Under the pieces are notes generated by a model, which did no database searches, had not been told where the DNA came from, and worked only from the letters and a program-made list of their open reading frames with translations. Source: Glycera tridactyla (lineage: Eukaryota). From it: DNA of 64,000 nucleotides. The stretch is taken from assembly GCA_965644265.1 (NCBI GenBank), contig OZ286470.1:78244001-78308000 (forward strand), written 5' to 3'. Each line of letters opens with the position of its first letter. Positions within the stretch are counted from its first letter, which is position 1. This document shows positions 26,400 through 40,480 of the stretch, in pieces. The position numbers were made by a program, and so were the translations under genes.

Positions 26400-27760
26400 T
26401 CAACTGCTCGAATCCCCTCTGTATAACGGGGCTGTTCTGAAATGTGGGTCGAATGCTGAGAGCTTCAAACCAAACAAGTCAACACCGAAATACTTTTTGC
26501 GTCATTATCTAAAATATCGAGGTCACTCTAAAGAGCACAAAGAGCACGAGCTTCCAGATGATTGTATTTGATCAACAAAAAACACCTGGTTTTCTAACTG
26601 AACAACAACGCTGAAAAGCAGCTATTTATCTGGTTGCCTAGCAACATCACAATCCGTCTCGAATATACACAGGAAAACCAGATGGGCTCGAATCTGGCCA
26701 CATAAAATAGCTGCAGCCAGGGATGCTGATTTGTTTGTTTGACCAAACCAAGCAGAAAGTTGACGCAAACAATTCGGCGAGACGAGCCATGTGAAGGCCG
26801 ATCGCAATTAATTTCAAATGTATTTGGTTACCAGGGAGGGTAGCGAGCAGAGGCAATTGCGAAGCTAGTGAGCAGCCAAAGATCATGCACCTCATCAACA
26901 ATTTTGAAAATCGTATACGGTGTACCAAAAAAAAAACAGTCAGGAACAAGACCGTGAGTGTCAGTGAACATTACCACCAAATTCACCAATTGATGGTGAA
27001 AGCGAATCGATGGGAGACATCTGCCTCGCCCCCGCCATTCTAGCTTACAATATGTAATCTCGGAGGCGACATTTACCCTGACGTTTTCAGGGTTGACGAT
27101 GATGGTGTCTCAAATAGCCCACTAAGTAAAGTCAGCCATCAAGATGGCGATAGAAAACATCAATCTAATCTGAGACTCAGAGATTAATGATGGACATTGA
27201 ATGTCCGAGGTTGATCCATTCTTCTTCTCCAATCTTTACAATATGATCAGGTTATCTCGACAGAAAGCCTGCCTTGGTGGCTCAGTGGTAGCGTGCTGGG
27301 CCGGTGTGCAATGGGTCTGGGGTTCGATCCCCGGTCCTACCGTGCAGGAACGTTTCACCCCTCATCTTCGCTCTCCTTGGCAGGCGGTCTGGTTTAGCCT
27401 ACTCAAGTGCAGAAAGTGGACCTAAAACCTCAACATTTCATTTCTCGACAGAAAGTGACCTATATGTGTACTGGTCAACTGGGCAAACGCTTAATCTTTT
27501 CATCATTCACCATCTACTCCACGCTTGAATTGCCTCCATGAGATTCTTCTTCTTATCCAAATTCTTGTATTACCTGGTTGCAAATCTTCACAGATCCAAA
27601 GTGATTTTCTTTCTGTCAAACATTTCGAAAAGCGTGAAACCCATACTTCTGATATACACAAAAAGGGATACCCCTGCCTTCAAAGAGCTTTCATCTCAGT
27701 GCGTAATGTCGAGTGGTTTGAACTTCAGCATGAAGGAAGATGAGGGCGTTTGAAGGTAGT
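26400..27760 (-). mobile_element. Second degenerate Penelope-like element (RT C-terminus and GIY-YIG), interrupted by the SINE
   Basis: LRTEMKAL*RQGYP (about 27665-27710; matches the L..E+..L....NGYP pattern), and CD..HGSSRRI / RQLSAWF (about 26745-26810; resembles C..YIGRTSRRL..RIRQHxPxWF). Frameshifted. Confidence 0.45.
27268..27442 (+). mobile_element. Full-length tRNA-derived SINE with target-site duplication
   Basis: Pol III A box GTGGCTCAGTGG (27277-27288), B box GGTTCGATCCC (27321-27331) and a (CATTT) tail. It is flanked by an exact direct repeat TCTCGACAGAAAG at 27255-27267 and 27443-27455. Confidence 0.85.
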
Positions 27761-28666
27761 CTTACAAGAACTACTTATTTGTGATGCGGTGAGTGAACAG
27801 GTAAGGCGGGGTGTGATATGGCATGGGCGACGCGGAGTGATATTTGACCATCAATCAGCATATGGGAGTCTTTATGCAGGCTCATAGATGGCGCACTCGT
27901 TTCATTCAAGCTGAAGTGCGTTGAAATTGAAGTCTACCCTCCGAATTGCGCTGAGATATCATGAATACAGCATCCTGCTGAAACGATCCCTAGTGTTGGA
28001 GCTAGATGCAAGTCGAGATATCAGATATCCTTGCTTATTTGATTAGGAGTGAAAAAGGATCGATTCTGATGCTGGACAACAAGCAGTCAGTTTGGAGCAC
28101 ATCCCTGGGCTCATGTCTCCATGTCCCTCAATACACCCCCCTTTTCCTCCGAATACACACTATATGCACACGTGCTTCTAGTCATATCTCCACCCTCACA
28201 ATATAATCAAGGACATTGTCGCTGTTCATTTCAGATTTCTTTCTCGATCTGTTGCCACTCACGACCAAGATCACGTGGTCATGTTGCATAATCTCCAAAC
28301 GACGAGGATAGCCCCAGTTTTAATGTTTATATTCGAATATACGTATGTGTGTGTCGTGTGTGTGTGTTTGTGTATTTGTGTGTATTGTGTGTGTGTGTGT
28401 GTGTGTGTTGGGCAGGGGGGTTATATAAGACATAACATTACAATGGTTGGTAGGTCCTTGTCCAACCCTGGGACAGGACCTCGACTCACCTATGCAGTGG
28501 GCATGGTTGTGATCACTTTCATCATTGAGTCATTTTTGAATGATCACTCATACATAGCAGATAATTCCATATAACAGAACTAAAATTCACTTGGCCATTC
28601 AGCAATGAAGTAAAACTACATAGAACAAGAGCGCCCACGTGCGCCGAGTGATCTCCGAGAAAGAGA

Positions 28667-28699
<33 letters not shown>

Positions 28700-28994
28700 C
28701 TGATGATCGCTGAAAAAAGGGGATGGATGGGGAATAGTTACAAGCCCTCCTTCGGGAGTCTTGGGCAGTGGTCCTCCTTGTGCGAGTTATGAGCGAGCCA
28801 CCAGTGAATTTGCCATGTACTGATGGCGTTATGGCCATAACACATCACAAACTGAAGCGCTCACAAGAAGCTCGTCAAATCGCTGTCATTAATGCTTATC
28901 AGGTTCAGAGCTGGGACTACATTCTGTCTATCTGTCTGTCTGTCTGTCTGTCTATCTGTCACTCTCTTGATTTCTCCACATCCATTTGTCTTAC

Positions 28995-29115
28995 CTCCAT
29001 GTATAAATCTCGAACAATCTGTCTTTTGGTTGATATGATAGTTCGTAGGGGAGTAAAGTAGTGCTTCTTCTTCGCACCTCATTACCAGGTCCCATGGATC
29101 AATGCGCCGATTCAT
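28995..29115 (-). CDS. Candidate first coding exon of the DEG/ENaC gene (cytoplasmic N-terminus)
   Basis: ATG followed by 40 open codons (MNRRIDPWDLVMRCEEEALLYSPTNYHINQKTDCSRFIHG), then G|gtaaga. This strong phase-1 donor matches the phase-1 acceptor of exon A, which has no in-frame ATG of its own. A CpG-rich segment follows (about 28620-28880). There is no homology support. Confidence 0.4.
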
Positions 29116-29139
29116 GAATGAAGTTGTAGATAGCGTGTG

Positions 29140-29210
29140 TAAAACCAGCCAATCAAAAATCAGGATTCACATGGCACCATCGAAGTGGGCGTGCCCTAAG
29201 AGCTTGATTG
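29140..29210. promoter_or_regulatory. Promoter-like motifs next to the candidate first exon
   Basis: AGCCAATCA (CCAAT box, 29147-29155) and GTGGGCGTG (GC/KLF-like, 29185-29193) lie just upstream of the minus-strand ATG. The CCAAT box is unusually close to the ATG. Confidence 0.25.
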
Positions 29211-30866
29211 ACAGGGATTTACTATTTGTGCGTAGCTATACATCTCTGAACTGTCCAATCTGTGTGCTTTGGTAATCGGCAACAAAAACGAATGTATGGC
29301 GAAATGCCCATTACGTAATCGGTACATTTCCTCAAATTGTCGTTAATCAGATCAATAAATCATCTTAAAATTGTGCCAGATTAGATCATTCGATCCTTTT
29401 GCACAGTTCCGATCAATATTCGTTCAATTATATCAGCCTCGGGAGACAGGATCGGCAAAGTTAGAAAGCATTTCGAGCAGAGAGGTGGCGGCATAATGAT
29501 CTCCAACGGAGATCACAAAAGCTACAAGTTTCAAGGGGTCACGGCCTAAACAAATTGAGAACAGGTGTTTTCATCGGTAGGCCATTTGCAAGAGCCAATG
29601 GATAAATAACGGGTTTTATGACATCCGAATTACCCCCACTAACCCTCAAACGCATAGCAAAGATGTGCAATCAGGCTGGACACTGACAATAAACTGGTGC
29701 CTGTCCAATTTCCCAGTCTCTGGAGTAGGTGTAAGGAGCTTTGTTTAAGACATGGATTGAATATATACCTGGCCTTTGGAATATCGACTGAGAAACACTT
29801 CACAGTGTAGGTATCATTGCCGAACTTCATGAATAGAAAGTAGCATGTGAAGGATACATCTGCAGAGAAATCAGCAATGTCAGAATTGGTTTGGTTTGGT
29901 TTGGTTGACTGTCATGACTGATCTCAGTCCAGTACCACTGTCAGAGCCTGAAGGTTCTGATCTTCCCAGTGCTGCTGTTAGCTATTTATGGGTGACAGAT
30001 CTAATCTTGGCAAGGCGCAACCCTCTGCCTGTGATTTAATTTTGAACCTCCTCTCTTGTGCCTGCATGTGTGTGTATGCTGAGGAGGGGTATTGGTGTAG
30101 CTGGTTTTGTAGTCACTTATTATAGTGCCATCGCTAACCTAGGACCATTGTTTTCAGATCCCAGATAGGCGCACCATCACCCAGCCTTGGTGGTGTGTAG
30201 CTCATGCCTCTTTCTGTGTTTTGAGCTCAACACTGGGGGGCCCAGACCACATGTGTAGTCTGTGACTATCAGTGTCAGTATTGTCCGCCCACAGAAGACG
30301 CTGAGGGAGATATTTGCATAAGAGTACTCATGAAGTGATGACCAAGTTACCCATGTATTGTCTGATGAGTAGACAAATTAGATCCACGCCAGGACTTGAT
30401 CATCGAAGTCATCTGACCTATGGCTATGCTATATCATGTATATCATGAGTGTACTATCAGATACATCATCTCATACAACGTTCTAAATGTTCTAATACTA
30501 CTGCGTACATATCATTATTTGACAACATCATACAAGTGTATTCAAGTGAATTATGCAAATATTCTGTGGAACCTAGCACCACGTTATTAGTTCACAATGT
30601 CAGAGGGCCCCCGCCTCCCATTTATCAGCATTTCCTAATAGACACAAGCCCCTTCATTCATTAGTCGAAGTACATAGTAAAAGGTTGGTAGTTTGGTAAA
30701 AACTGAAAAAAAAACTAACCCGATGAGTAACATGAGTTTCCTGGTCACCGTGATTTTCGTTCTGTGAGTTAACTATAAGCAATATATCAATGGGCACCCA
30801 ACGACAATCTAAAATTCTTATCTGTCAAGAGACTCTCTCTTTAGCACTGACAAAGAGAGGTCATTC

Positions 30867-30870
<4 letters not shown>

Positions 30871-30920
<50 letters not shown>
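30871..30920. repeat. (TA)25 microsatellite
   Basis: Directly visible. Confidence 0.97.
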
Positions 30921-30923
<3 letters not shown>

Positions 30924-31708
30924 TGAATAAATGGATCGATAAATAAATAAAACATATGTATTTGATTGATCAGGTGGAAGCGAGATATAATATCTCATCT
31001 ATTTCAAATGACCATCAGGATGTCTTCATGAATGCAATAAGGGATAATTGAAACCCACCCTCAGGATTTTCATGGAATCTTATGTAATAAATGGCGCATA
31101 CACCACATCCTTACAAATCATCCAACTCCATGAGGGAATATCAGATCAGTCAGGCAATGGATAGTGCTCTTTTGGTGTATATCACTCCCTCTTGTTTTCT
31201 ATTCATTTATTCCCAAAGACGCCTTCTCTTGGCAGAGCGTGCGGCTAAATTGTGTTTATGTTAGCCTCTGTGCCTTCATATACTATATTAGTTTCACACT
31301 AATGAAAACACACTGGTTCTGTACACAATGCCACACGTGCCGACAATATCAATTGTAATATAGGCTGGCTGCGAGATGATGCCTTTCTCCACCTAATGTA
31401 ATATCGACCGACGTTTTTACGGCGTTGTGCATGATGGCAGCAGATGACTGGCATTTTGCCTGGTGAAGAACCTCTGCAATATCTGTCCCGAGCAACACCG
31501 AATTCATGTGATATGTATGATGTGAGGTAGGCTGGTGATTGGACCTGATGCAATTGGATGCTGGAAGCAAGTGGTCATCTAGGAAGTATGATGTGAATAT
31601 GCGCCAGAGTTCCCAATTAATATTTTTTGGCCTGTTGAACAATCTACCAAGAGCAAAAGCGAATCCATGGGACATGAGTGCTGCAAGACCCTTTCGTGAC
31701 AAAATATA

Positions 31709-31846
31709 ACAAGAATCCCCAACCTGAACGGTACAAACGATGATATCGCACCTGAAGGAGCGTCTGCGGCCCCGAGGGATATTGCACGTCGGCGGTCCCG
31801 AGCGTGTGATATCATCGTTCTTACCGCTCGGGGCGGTGATTCTTGC
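31709..31846. mobile_element. Degenerate foldback / MITE-like element
   Basis: 43-bp arms (31709-31751 and 31804-31846) match at 34/43 positions around a 52-bp CpG-rich spacer. Confidence 0.55.
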
Positions 31847-34014
31847 TTTTATGCCACACTCAAACTAGTGTCTTTGATCTGATTCAATTATTTTCTTCAT
31901 CCTACTTTGTGGAAGGAGCCCTGACAACAGGCATCCGCCATCTTTGTTTACCTACAATTTCCACTGGTACCCTATCTGTCAGCACATCACCTCATATTCC
32001 AACTGAAGCTGGGGTACCAGTATAGTAAGTAAACAATGAAAATAGTTCCGGCAATACTCCCCGGTTGGGGAGAAATTCACATGATATCACATACCACTTT
32101 ATCACATAGAAAACTGCGCAAGTGGGGCATAACTTCCACATGATACTGGGTGATGGGAGTTTGTTAAATTTGAAACTGTGGCAAAGTTTCCAATACATAC
32201 ATCAGGTTTTCGATGAATAAACATTCTAAAAGATGATATATCCATCTCGATCATTCACTATTTTAGAATATGGAGGCATTATGCAGAAATGACACCTGTA
32301 ACGCATGAAACCATGGCTGAATCGAGAAGATTATACATCTGATCATATATCTGTATTGAGCTTACAAATTATTATACAGGTCTCAAGTGTACATGTTTCC
32401 ATAACAATAATCATATAACTAATATGATTAGACGAGATTCGACATCCCATAATGTTCTGTCGTAAATAGAGAATTTTGACTATCTATCTCACGCTGGTTG
32501 ACGTATGATGCACACTGAATTGGTACACAATTCAGAGACTGAATACGTTCGACTGTAAATCTGGTGATAACGTTCAATGATTGATCAATATGACACTTTC
32601 GACTACGATTAGTCGCAAAACTTGGCGAAATTGACGTGGTCACTGCTGATCAATTAGCAGGGGGTGATAGCAATACATTCCACTGCCAATGCCCACCCCT
32701 CGTTGATTTTTTCAATGCCTCCATGCATATATATTTTAAGTAGCTGTATCGTGAAATATATAAGGAATGTTTGAAGTCACTGGTTCTATAGAGAACGTTG
32801 AAGGAATAACAACTCAGTAAGTAGACTGCATCAGTGGCTTGGCGTGAGCGGCAGGGGAATCTTCCGGATTATATCATGCTAACAAAAGCTGAATAATGTG
32901 AATATAAACTTAAATATTCACATTATTGCCTTGAGACGGCTCTGTCCAATGGAGAAAACCAGAGATATTTTCGTTAGAAAATATCTCCTTCGCAGTGACT
33001 ATACTGTGTCCTGTCGGTGTAATCTCAACGAATTTCGATGCGCTCCTCAGTTTTGTTGCAGTCCTATTTGCATATCGTCCTAGGTAGCATCCAATAGGAC
33101 GACGGATACCATCTTATGAATATGCAAGAGGCTGCTGAAGCGCTGCGGCTGTTTTCTTTACGATAGCCGGACTATAGTCTGTTCGTTCACATTTGTGAGT
33201 CACTTGACTATACAAAATATAGACACTGTCGAAGTTTCCACCAATTTTCAATATATACTCCAAACATTATAGCCATCCTTCACCACCAACGCCGCATGCC
33301 CAATGTCCTCTCAAATTTCCGCAAACACAATAAAGTGAAATTATAAACCAAATATAGGCAAATATGAAATTCAGATTGTTTTATCATCCAATACCAGGGC
33401 CAGCAAGCTCGCTTTGTGACAAACAACAATGTCCTCCCGCACTGCAGGCAACTCTTGTTCCAATCGACTTGATACACGATGGGGGACGTCTGGACCAAAA
33501 TCCCATAGGAAATTGATATTTTCCATGACACGGATTAGCGTAAATCGGGTGGTTTCTGGATTATTGCAGGAACTAAATCAGAAGCGTGTTCAATCTTGAT
33601 CAAGGATATTGGAGAAATCAGTGCAAAATGGTCGCTAGGATGAAATGACATCACCAACATTTTTTGAGTTCATATATCCAGCGATAGCGAGAGCAGGACA
33701 TGTAAGTGCGTGGGTGTATGAACGGATGTACATGAACGATGTGGCATGATCGATCCCCGACTAGAGACCGAGACAGTCACGTTCTCCACTCCGTTTTTCC
33801 ACTCCGTGTTTGGCGGCGTTTGATTCCCACGTGTGCTGGCTGCTTTAGTTCGATGTACTCTGCGGCTTCCGTACGACAAGTGCCGGCTCGTTCACGGTGC
33901 TGATACATTTATGCACGAATGGGCTTTACATGGGCTTACACTTCCCTGCTATGCACTGAAAGGAGAAGCTTGCTAATGGTAGAGAGATAATGTGTATGCA
34001 CTCGTGTGTGCTTG

Positions 34015-34210
34015 TTTGACAGACGGATCAACAGACAGACAAAGATCAGCAGACTGACATCTAGACAAACAGACAGGCAGACAGACTCAACAATACCAGA
34101 GCCCCGTCCAACAGACAAAACGACATAGACCAGCAGACAGGCAGACAGACGAAACAAGACGATACAATACATGATGGGCAGACAGATAAAATAGACAGAC
34201 AAACAGACAG
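34015..34210. repeat. Degenerate (GACA)n tract; similar tracts at 36460-36530 and 37590-37685
   Basis: Directly visible. Confidence 0.85.
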
Positions 34211-37200
34211 ACCAAAAGGTGGCCAATATCCCTGGTGATAAAATGTAATCAGTCGGTATGGGATTACAGGGAGAGCAGAATAGTAATGATCGAATTGATT
34301 GGCATGAGATATGGATTCCCGAAGTTTTCTCACGGGTGACGTGACCAGCCATAGCTTAAGAAAGGAATAAAATGTGTAGTTTTTTAAGAATATTGGCATC
34401 ACATCATTATACAAGCATGATGACTGAATTCAATTCTCGATCACTGTCGACTTTTCAATCTGATCATGCATCTGTGACCTGCTGCACGGGATGTCCCTTC
34501 GATGTTGGCAAGTCGAATTTTATTATTCACAATCGCGATAACAAATGCACCACCAATTTAGCTAGAGTGTATACAATATGATTTAAACCCTCATTCATGT
34601 GATATTCTCACCCTATTATTCATGAATTTTTCATGGTGATGTAACCCATCTATTCTGACTGATGCACATTAGAAATCCATCAGAACGAATTCATATAATG
34701 AGATATAGGCACATAGATTGGTGACGAATATCTGATGATTGTGGAGCAGTCCACCACTATCACCACAACAGGTTATGATATCCATTGTAGTAAAGAATCA
34801 AGTCCCAATGTGATCCAACCATTTCCCTCTCACTGGCCAAAATAGTTATTTTTAATACATAGTAATGGTGATATCTCATGGAAATCTCCAATCAAGGGAT
34901 CTCCAGTCATGGGATATGAGGATTAGTTTAATTTACTATGTGTTCTTGCCATACTACATCATCCTGTTGACGTCATAGGCTGCAATCATGTGAACATGTA
35001 ATGAAGGTGTCATGTATTACTGCATCTTGCCATCATTATGTCACACAAGCATTACTCTATCGATTTTAGCTGGTGTACATCAAACAGGGGAGTCGAGTTG
35101 TCATTGACGATACATTGAATGGATGGTGGATTAGGTGTGTGGAGTGGCCACATTACTACTACCGATAAAGTCAGCAGGATACAACGAAAATATCACTCCA
35201 TTCTCATATCCTATGTAATATTGCAAGGGAAAACATACATCCTTGCTCAACTTACGATACGATGCTTGTATAAACAGCCATAATAAAACAAGCTAATCTC
35301 AAGGGGAAGTTTCCTACTTTGAGCATGATATTTATTCTGTCTGATACCTGACTTTTAACGGTTGGTTGAAGTAGTAATAGATTGTACACCTACAAAGGTT
35401 TTTTTCTCAGAAACGTTCATATGGCAGAAGTACAGACCATCCATCAAACACTATATGACAGTCATGATGTATTGAGTTACACATTGTCATGGTGTATGTA
35501 GGAAAGACTTGGTGTGGTCTGGAGTAATAAGAGGAGCAGGTAAGACGGTTAAGGTGTGTGCAGTGAGTGGAATACATTGCTGACAGGTTGATGTTGTTTA
35601 TGGATGCTTTGGACCACAGATGCCACCATCAGATGGCGCCTCAATCTAGGCCAGAATGAATAGGGACTCATGTGGCGCTCTCATAAGTAGAAATTAGCCT
35701 GAATCTGATTTTATGTAGGACCATATACCGATACTCATATCACCTGCTTCTTTTATTGGAGTCAATGACGCCTACGACCACCCGATAGCTTAAGTCCCAA
35801 TGCAACGGATCGTCTCAAAACATAAAGTTTACAGCAGGAAGTGAGATCACACTATACAATCCAGATTTGTTCACGATGTTCACGAGCTCCGCGCCTGTAT
35901 ACTGCCTTTTGATATGGAGTCTCCACCAATTACACTCTTGGGTGGAGATCCAGTGGAGATTCAGTGGTTACTGGTGTCATATTGATATTTGCCAATTACA
36001 TTAATATGAGACCAATATCCGACAGAAACTGCAACGAGCAAAAATGACCGGAAACCAAAAGGTGTCTGTTCCAAATAGGTGGATGCTTGTCACGGGATAA
36101 ATCACCTCTGTTGGAATCCGGAGTGTTTTTGTTTGAAACAAATGCATACAGTAGTTTTCTGAAGCAGGTTTTCTCCCACACTGGGAAGCATCGGGCTGAA
36201 AGTATTGCAACTAAACAGGGATAAGTTGTCTTTGGTGGTGACAGATAACATGGATGTGTGAGGAGCCAATGAAGGGTGGTGGTCGTGAGCTGGAGGCAGA
36301 AAGAGGGCAGTGGTATTCATGACTATTATAGTCCCCTATATGTCACACACATTGGCAGCCGTTCACAGAAGAATGGGCTACTAATCACACAACAACCTGC
36401 ACCTTCCAAGGAATGATTCATTGAGGCAGAATTGAGGATAAGTAGATAGACATAGGGATTGATTGATGGATGAATACACAGACAGACGGACAAACAGATG
36501 GACGAACAGACAAGCAGACAGACTGGCAGANNNNNNNNNNNNNNNNNNNNNNNNNNNNNNNNNNNNNNNNNNNNNNNNNNNNNNNNNNNNNNNNNNNNNN
36601 NNNNNNNNNNNNNNNNNNNNNNNNNNNNNNNNNNNNNNNNNNNNNNNNNNNNNNNNNNNNNNNNNNNNNNNNNNNNNNNNNNNNGAGCTTATTATGCCAC
36701 TGTAGAAGTACCACGAAAATGAGAAGTTCTTCAATGAATACTGAGGGAGGTTTATTGAGTGGCGCTTTGCGTCCTATTAGCCCCAGACCCCTACTCACAG
36801 GTGTCAATGGGAATTTTACTGCAGAGAGTCTGGCGACCAGCGTGAAGTGCATCGCCTTGGCGTCATGCCCTGCCTTGAGAATGGGCAAATGGGCAACAGG
36901 CGTACCTTAAAACGAGATAAACGTGGCTACCCCAGCATCTGAATGCAGAACAAAAGCAGAATAATGCCTTCTACAGTATGGTATGTATATGGCAGCCTGG
37001 TGTGCACATTTTGTGTGATTTAGAAGGGTACAAATGCAGGGGAGAAGCTGGCCATTCTATCTCCGCATAAAGGAATTTCATGCTGAAGCCGCGTCTTGTG
37101 GCGAATAGAAATAGCTGCTTACTGGTCTTAACAAAGATAGACAGATTGCGACACTTTCTCCACATTGGCTGGCTGCAGAAGAAGCTCGGAATCTCAACGC

Positions 37201-38585
37201 TCTGTTGCTATTTTAGGTAACAGATAATGCACACAAATCGGGCCACCCATCAGTTCCAATATACGATTGCCGAATGATATGCAGAGTTGACATATATGGT
37301 AGAGTGAGTTGGAATTATCAGCGTTCACACCAGAATTCAGACCAGTGAGCCAGCAATTTGAGACGTCTAAGGGCAATGTTACTCCGTGCTAATGTCATTG
37401 CGAAATGTATACGAAGAAGGTCGTCTTCCAAGCAAGGTATTTGTCTATTGACACTTGGCAAATATTTGTTTCAAGCGCCGTTAACCTTTGATGGGTCGCT
37501 CTATCCATCGAGATCGGTTCTCATGGAAACCCCAAACAACAGACAGACAGCAAGCCAGCCAGGTTGACAGAGAGGAGGACAGAGGGCACACTTACAGACT
37601 GACAGGCAGACGGGAGAAGTAGATACCATTGACAGACAAGCGGACAAACAGACAAGCAGACAGACAGACAGACAGACAGACAGACTTTCGTCAGTGAATG
37701 AGAGTATTGTGAATGTTCGCAACCATTAGCGACTGCACATTACGTAGTGCTGATTGAACCATGGTCATAAAATACGCCGCCATGGCCACAAATATCTGAT
37801 CATCTATGAACCATTTTCCCCTCCAAGCTATGGCTATTAATGATTTTCATTTAGTTTCATTGCTATTTAAATTCGAAATCCCAGAGTAACTACAAATATT
37901 ATTCTGTATTGATCTTCTGTCGAATCACCAACTATAATGGACTACTTGTATCATAGACCATCCTATTTATGGAGAGTGAAAAATCAATTGGAATCCGCTG
38001 GGATTTATGAGATTATACCTGATGGGATTTGGATCAGTTTGAGGAGGACAAATGCACCATCGAGAAAGCCGGACCAATTTGTATATCTTTGCCATTCGGG
38101 GAAGGCTTTTGGTGGTGTCTCCAATCCACTTTTAGAAGCAAATGCTCGTAATTTCGTGTTAATGGCCCTTCACCTGAGCTGACTCCATTAGTCTGTGAAT
38201 GGTCAGCAAACGGTAACGAGGCAACAAAATTCAATTTAAATTGATTGATCATTCATCTATATGAGGAATCAATGTGTCAATCAATGAAACCACTTAATAA
38301 TATGCATCATCTGTATTGATGATTCAATCTGAGGAAAACTCATCATCAGCACGTACACGTTTTTCCAACAAATATTTAACCTTTTGAACCTTGATCCTCT
38401 CACATCACTATGTCCATATTTCTACCATATCTGGCGGGTAGTTTAATGTGGTTTACGGCATATATCAACCAAGTGGTGATTTATGCTACCTGATCCCGAT
38501 TTTTGAAAGCGGGATGCTTTGATCCCTACAGCCATCATTCTCATGAACCATGAACACAATATAACGGGAAACCTTGAACATTGTT

Positions 38586-38800
38586 AGATAATTAGGATAA
38601 TGATGATGATGACAATAATGACAATAATAATGATTGTTGTGATAATAATGATGATATTAATAATGATTATGACAATGATATTAATAATAATAATAATGAT
38701 AATAATAATAATAATATTGATAATAATAATAATGATAATAATAATAATGATAATTATCATAATAGAATAATAATGGCAATGATAATGATGATAGTGATTT
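38586..38800. repeat. (ATA/ATG)n microsatellite
   Basis: Directly visible. Confidence 0.9.
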
Positions 38801-40480
38801 ATATAGCGCCAATAACCACATGATCGATGGCGCATCACAAGTGAAAACATACAATAAGACTCAATTATACAATATAACTAGTATCAAAGAAATGAAAGAT
38901 GCTGACAGTTCAAACACACACCTCACACCTTAAATGAAAAAAAAATAGCTAACAATGGCACAGCTGACTTTGTAACTGGCCTCCAGTTGAAATGGATCCG
39001 ATCGGAAAGAGGATCAATGGATACAGGAGAATCCAGGCGAGGAATGAACATATACCGTGAAGAATCGTTCTCATCACAATCGAATACGTCAGATTCCATA
39101 AATGATGCTTTCATCCTGTTTCTTTCGGGTTCCCATCGATTTGCATTGATGTGGCTGGCCAAATATTATGTCCCAATCTCATAATCGAATTCAACGATTC
39201 AGTCAAGAACAGATTAAATCATTGTAAAGTGTTTTCATATATTTGTGGTCGAAGTGACATTACTCATTTGGGTATTCATCTCCTTTCCAGTACTATCCTG
39301 TAACGCATATGTGGTACTGAGTGAACATGACAGCAGTTGACGAGGTCTCGATTCAGCTTGACAATGAGAAGGTGATTGTAATTACCAAGCCACGCCCAAT
39401 TAAGAATTCGGTGATGCTCAGCATAATTAGGTGTGGATATATCAATTATAATCCTCTGGGTCCACTTCACCAAAGTTTGCAAAGCTTTCTCTGCTTCATT
39501 TTCATCAAAGTCTTATCAAGATGTACATACAAACTTTTCGCATATAGGTAAGATAAATCTAGGGCTCCTATTGTCAATTAACAACTGAGCCATTCGTGTG
39601 ATATCTTAGCTTAACCCATTTGCGATGGTGATATTTCTCCACTCGTGTCTTTCAAGAATATTCTAGCCACAGGAGTTTTTCATCACAGATGGCAGATATT
39701 TATGTCAGAGTCAGTTATAAACACTCGCCATAAGAATAGGGATGACATTCCGTTTTTCTTCTCGAAGATGAAAACATATCTAAACATATTCCAGATATCC
39801 AAAGCTACATATCCATTGAAATATCGAATCGAATTGTATCGAATTCCTTTTCAACGGGAAAGTTGGACTCAGTTATTGCATATGGACGGGATTGCAATAA
39901 AATGTGTGGAAATGGACGCCTACTGCAAAATTCAGGGTGGTCGGATATCGGCGAAAAGTGAAGATAGCGGCATAGGGACATCCGGGAATATATATAAGAA
40001 TTGACCTTGTTTTTCCATTCCCTAGGTCCGAATCTTTCCTCCAAGGATTTCTTCAATCCACAGTGTATACAAGCGATCGAATCAGTGATACATGCCATTG
40101 AATTGATCGAATGACCGAATAAACAAATAATCAAGGTGGCAAAAGTTGAAGATAAACGGAAATATTCGACCTCAGCTGAAACCTTGTACACTGCATGTAG
40201 TGTCGTGGTTACTTCTTTAAATAAGACACAACTACTGATGAAATAGGTCGCGACATAATTGACAATGAGAAAGTAGTGAAGATAGGATCATCAACTCGAA
40301 GACCACCTCAGAGCTTCGTAGTCTTGAATATTGAAACACACACTATACACCACCTGGGCTGCATTCTCATTGGCATATATTGAGTTCCTGATCAGATAAC
40401 ATTCTGCTGGACCCATTTTATCCGCTGCTCCCGATGTATTCTATTATGGATACCACAAGTTTATCTATCTATGCTTCCAG

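Noticed and set aside
27271-27340. tRNA gene
   Set aside because: It has A and B boxes but no convincing cloverleaf or terminator, and it continues into a SINE body, tail and target-site duplication.
39805-40191. 128-aa ORF as an hAT transposase remnant
   Set aside because: Only vague resemblance (LKKSLEERF), with no recognisable catalytic or dimerisation motif.
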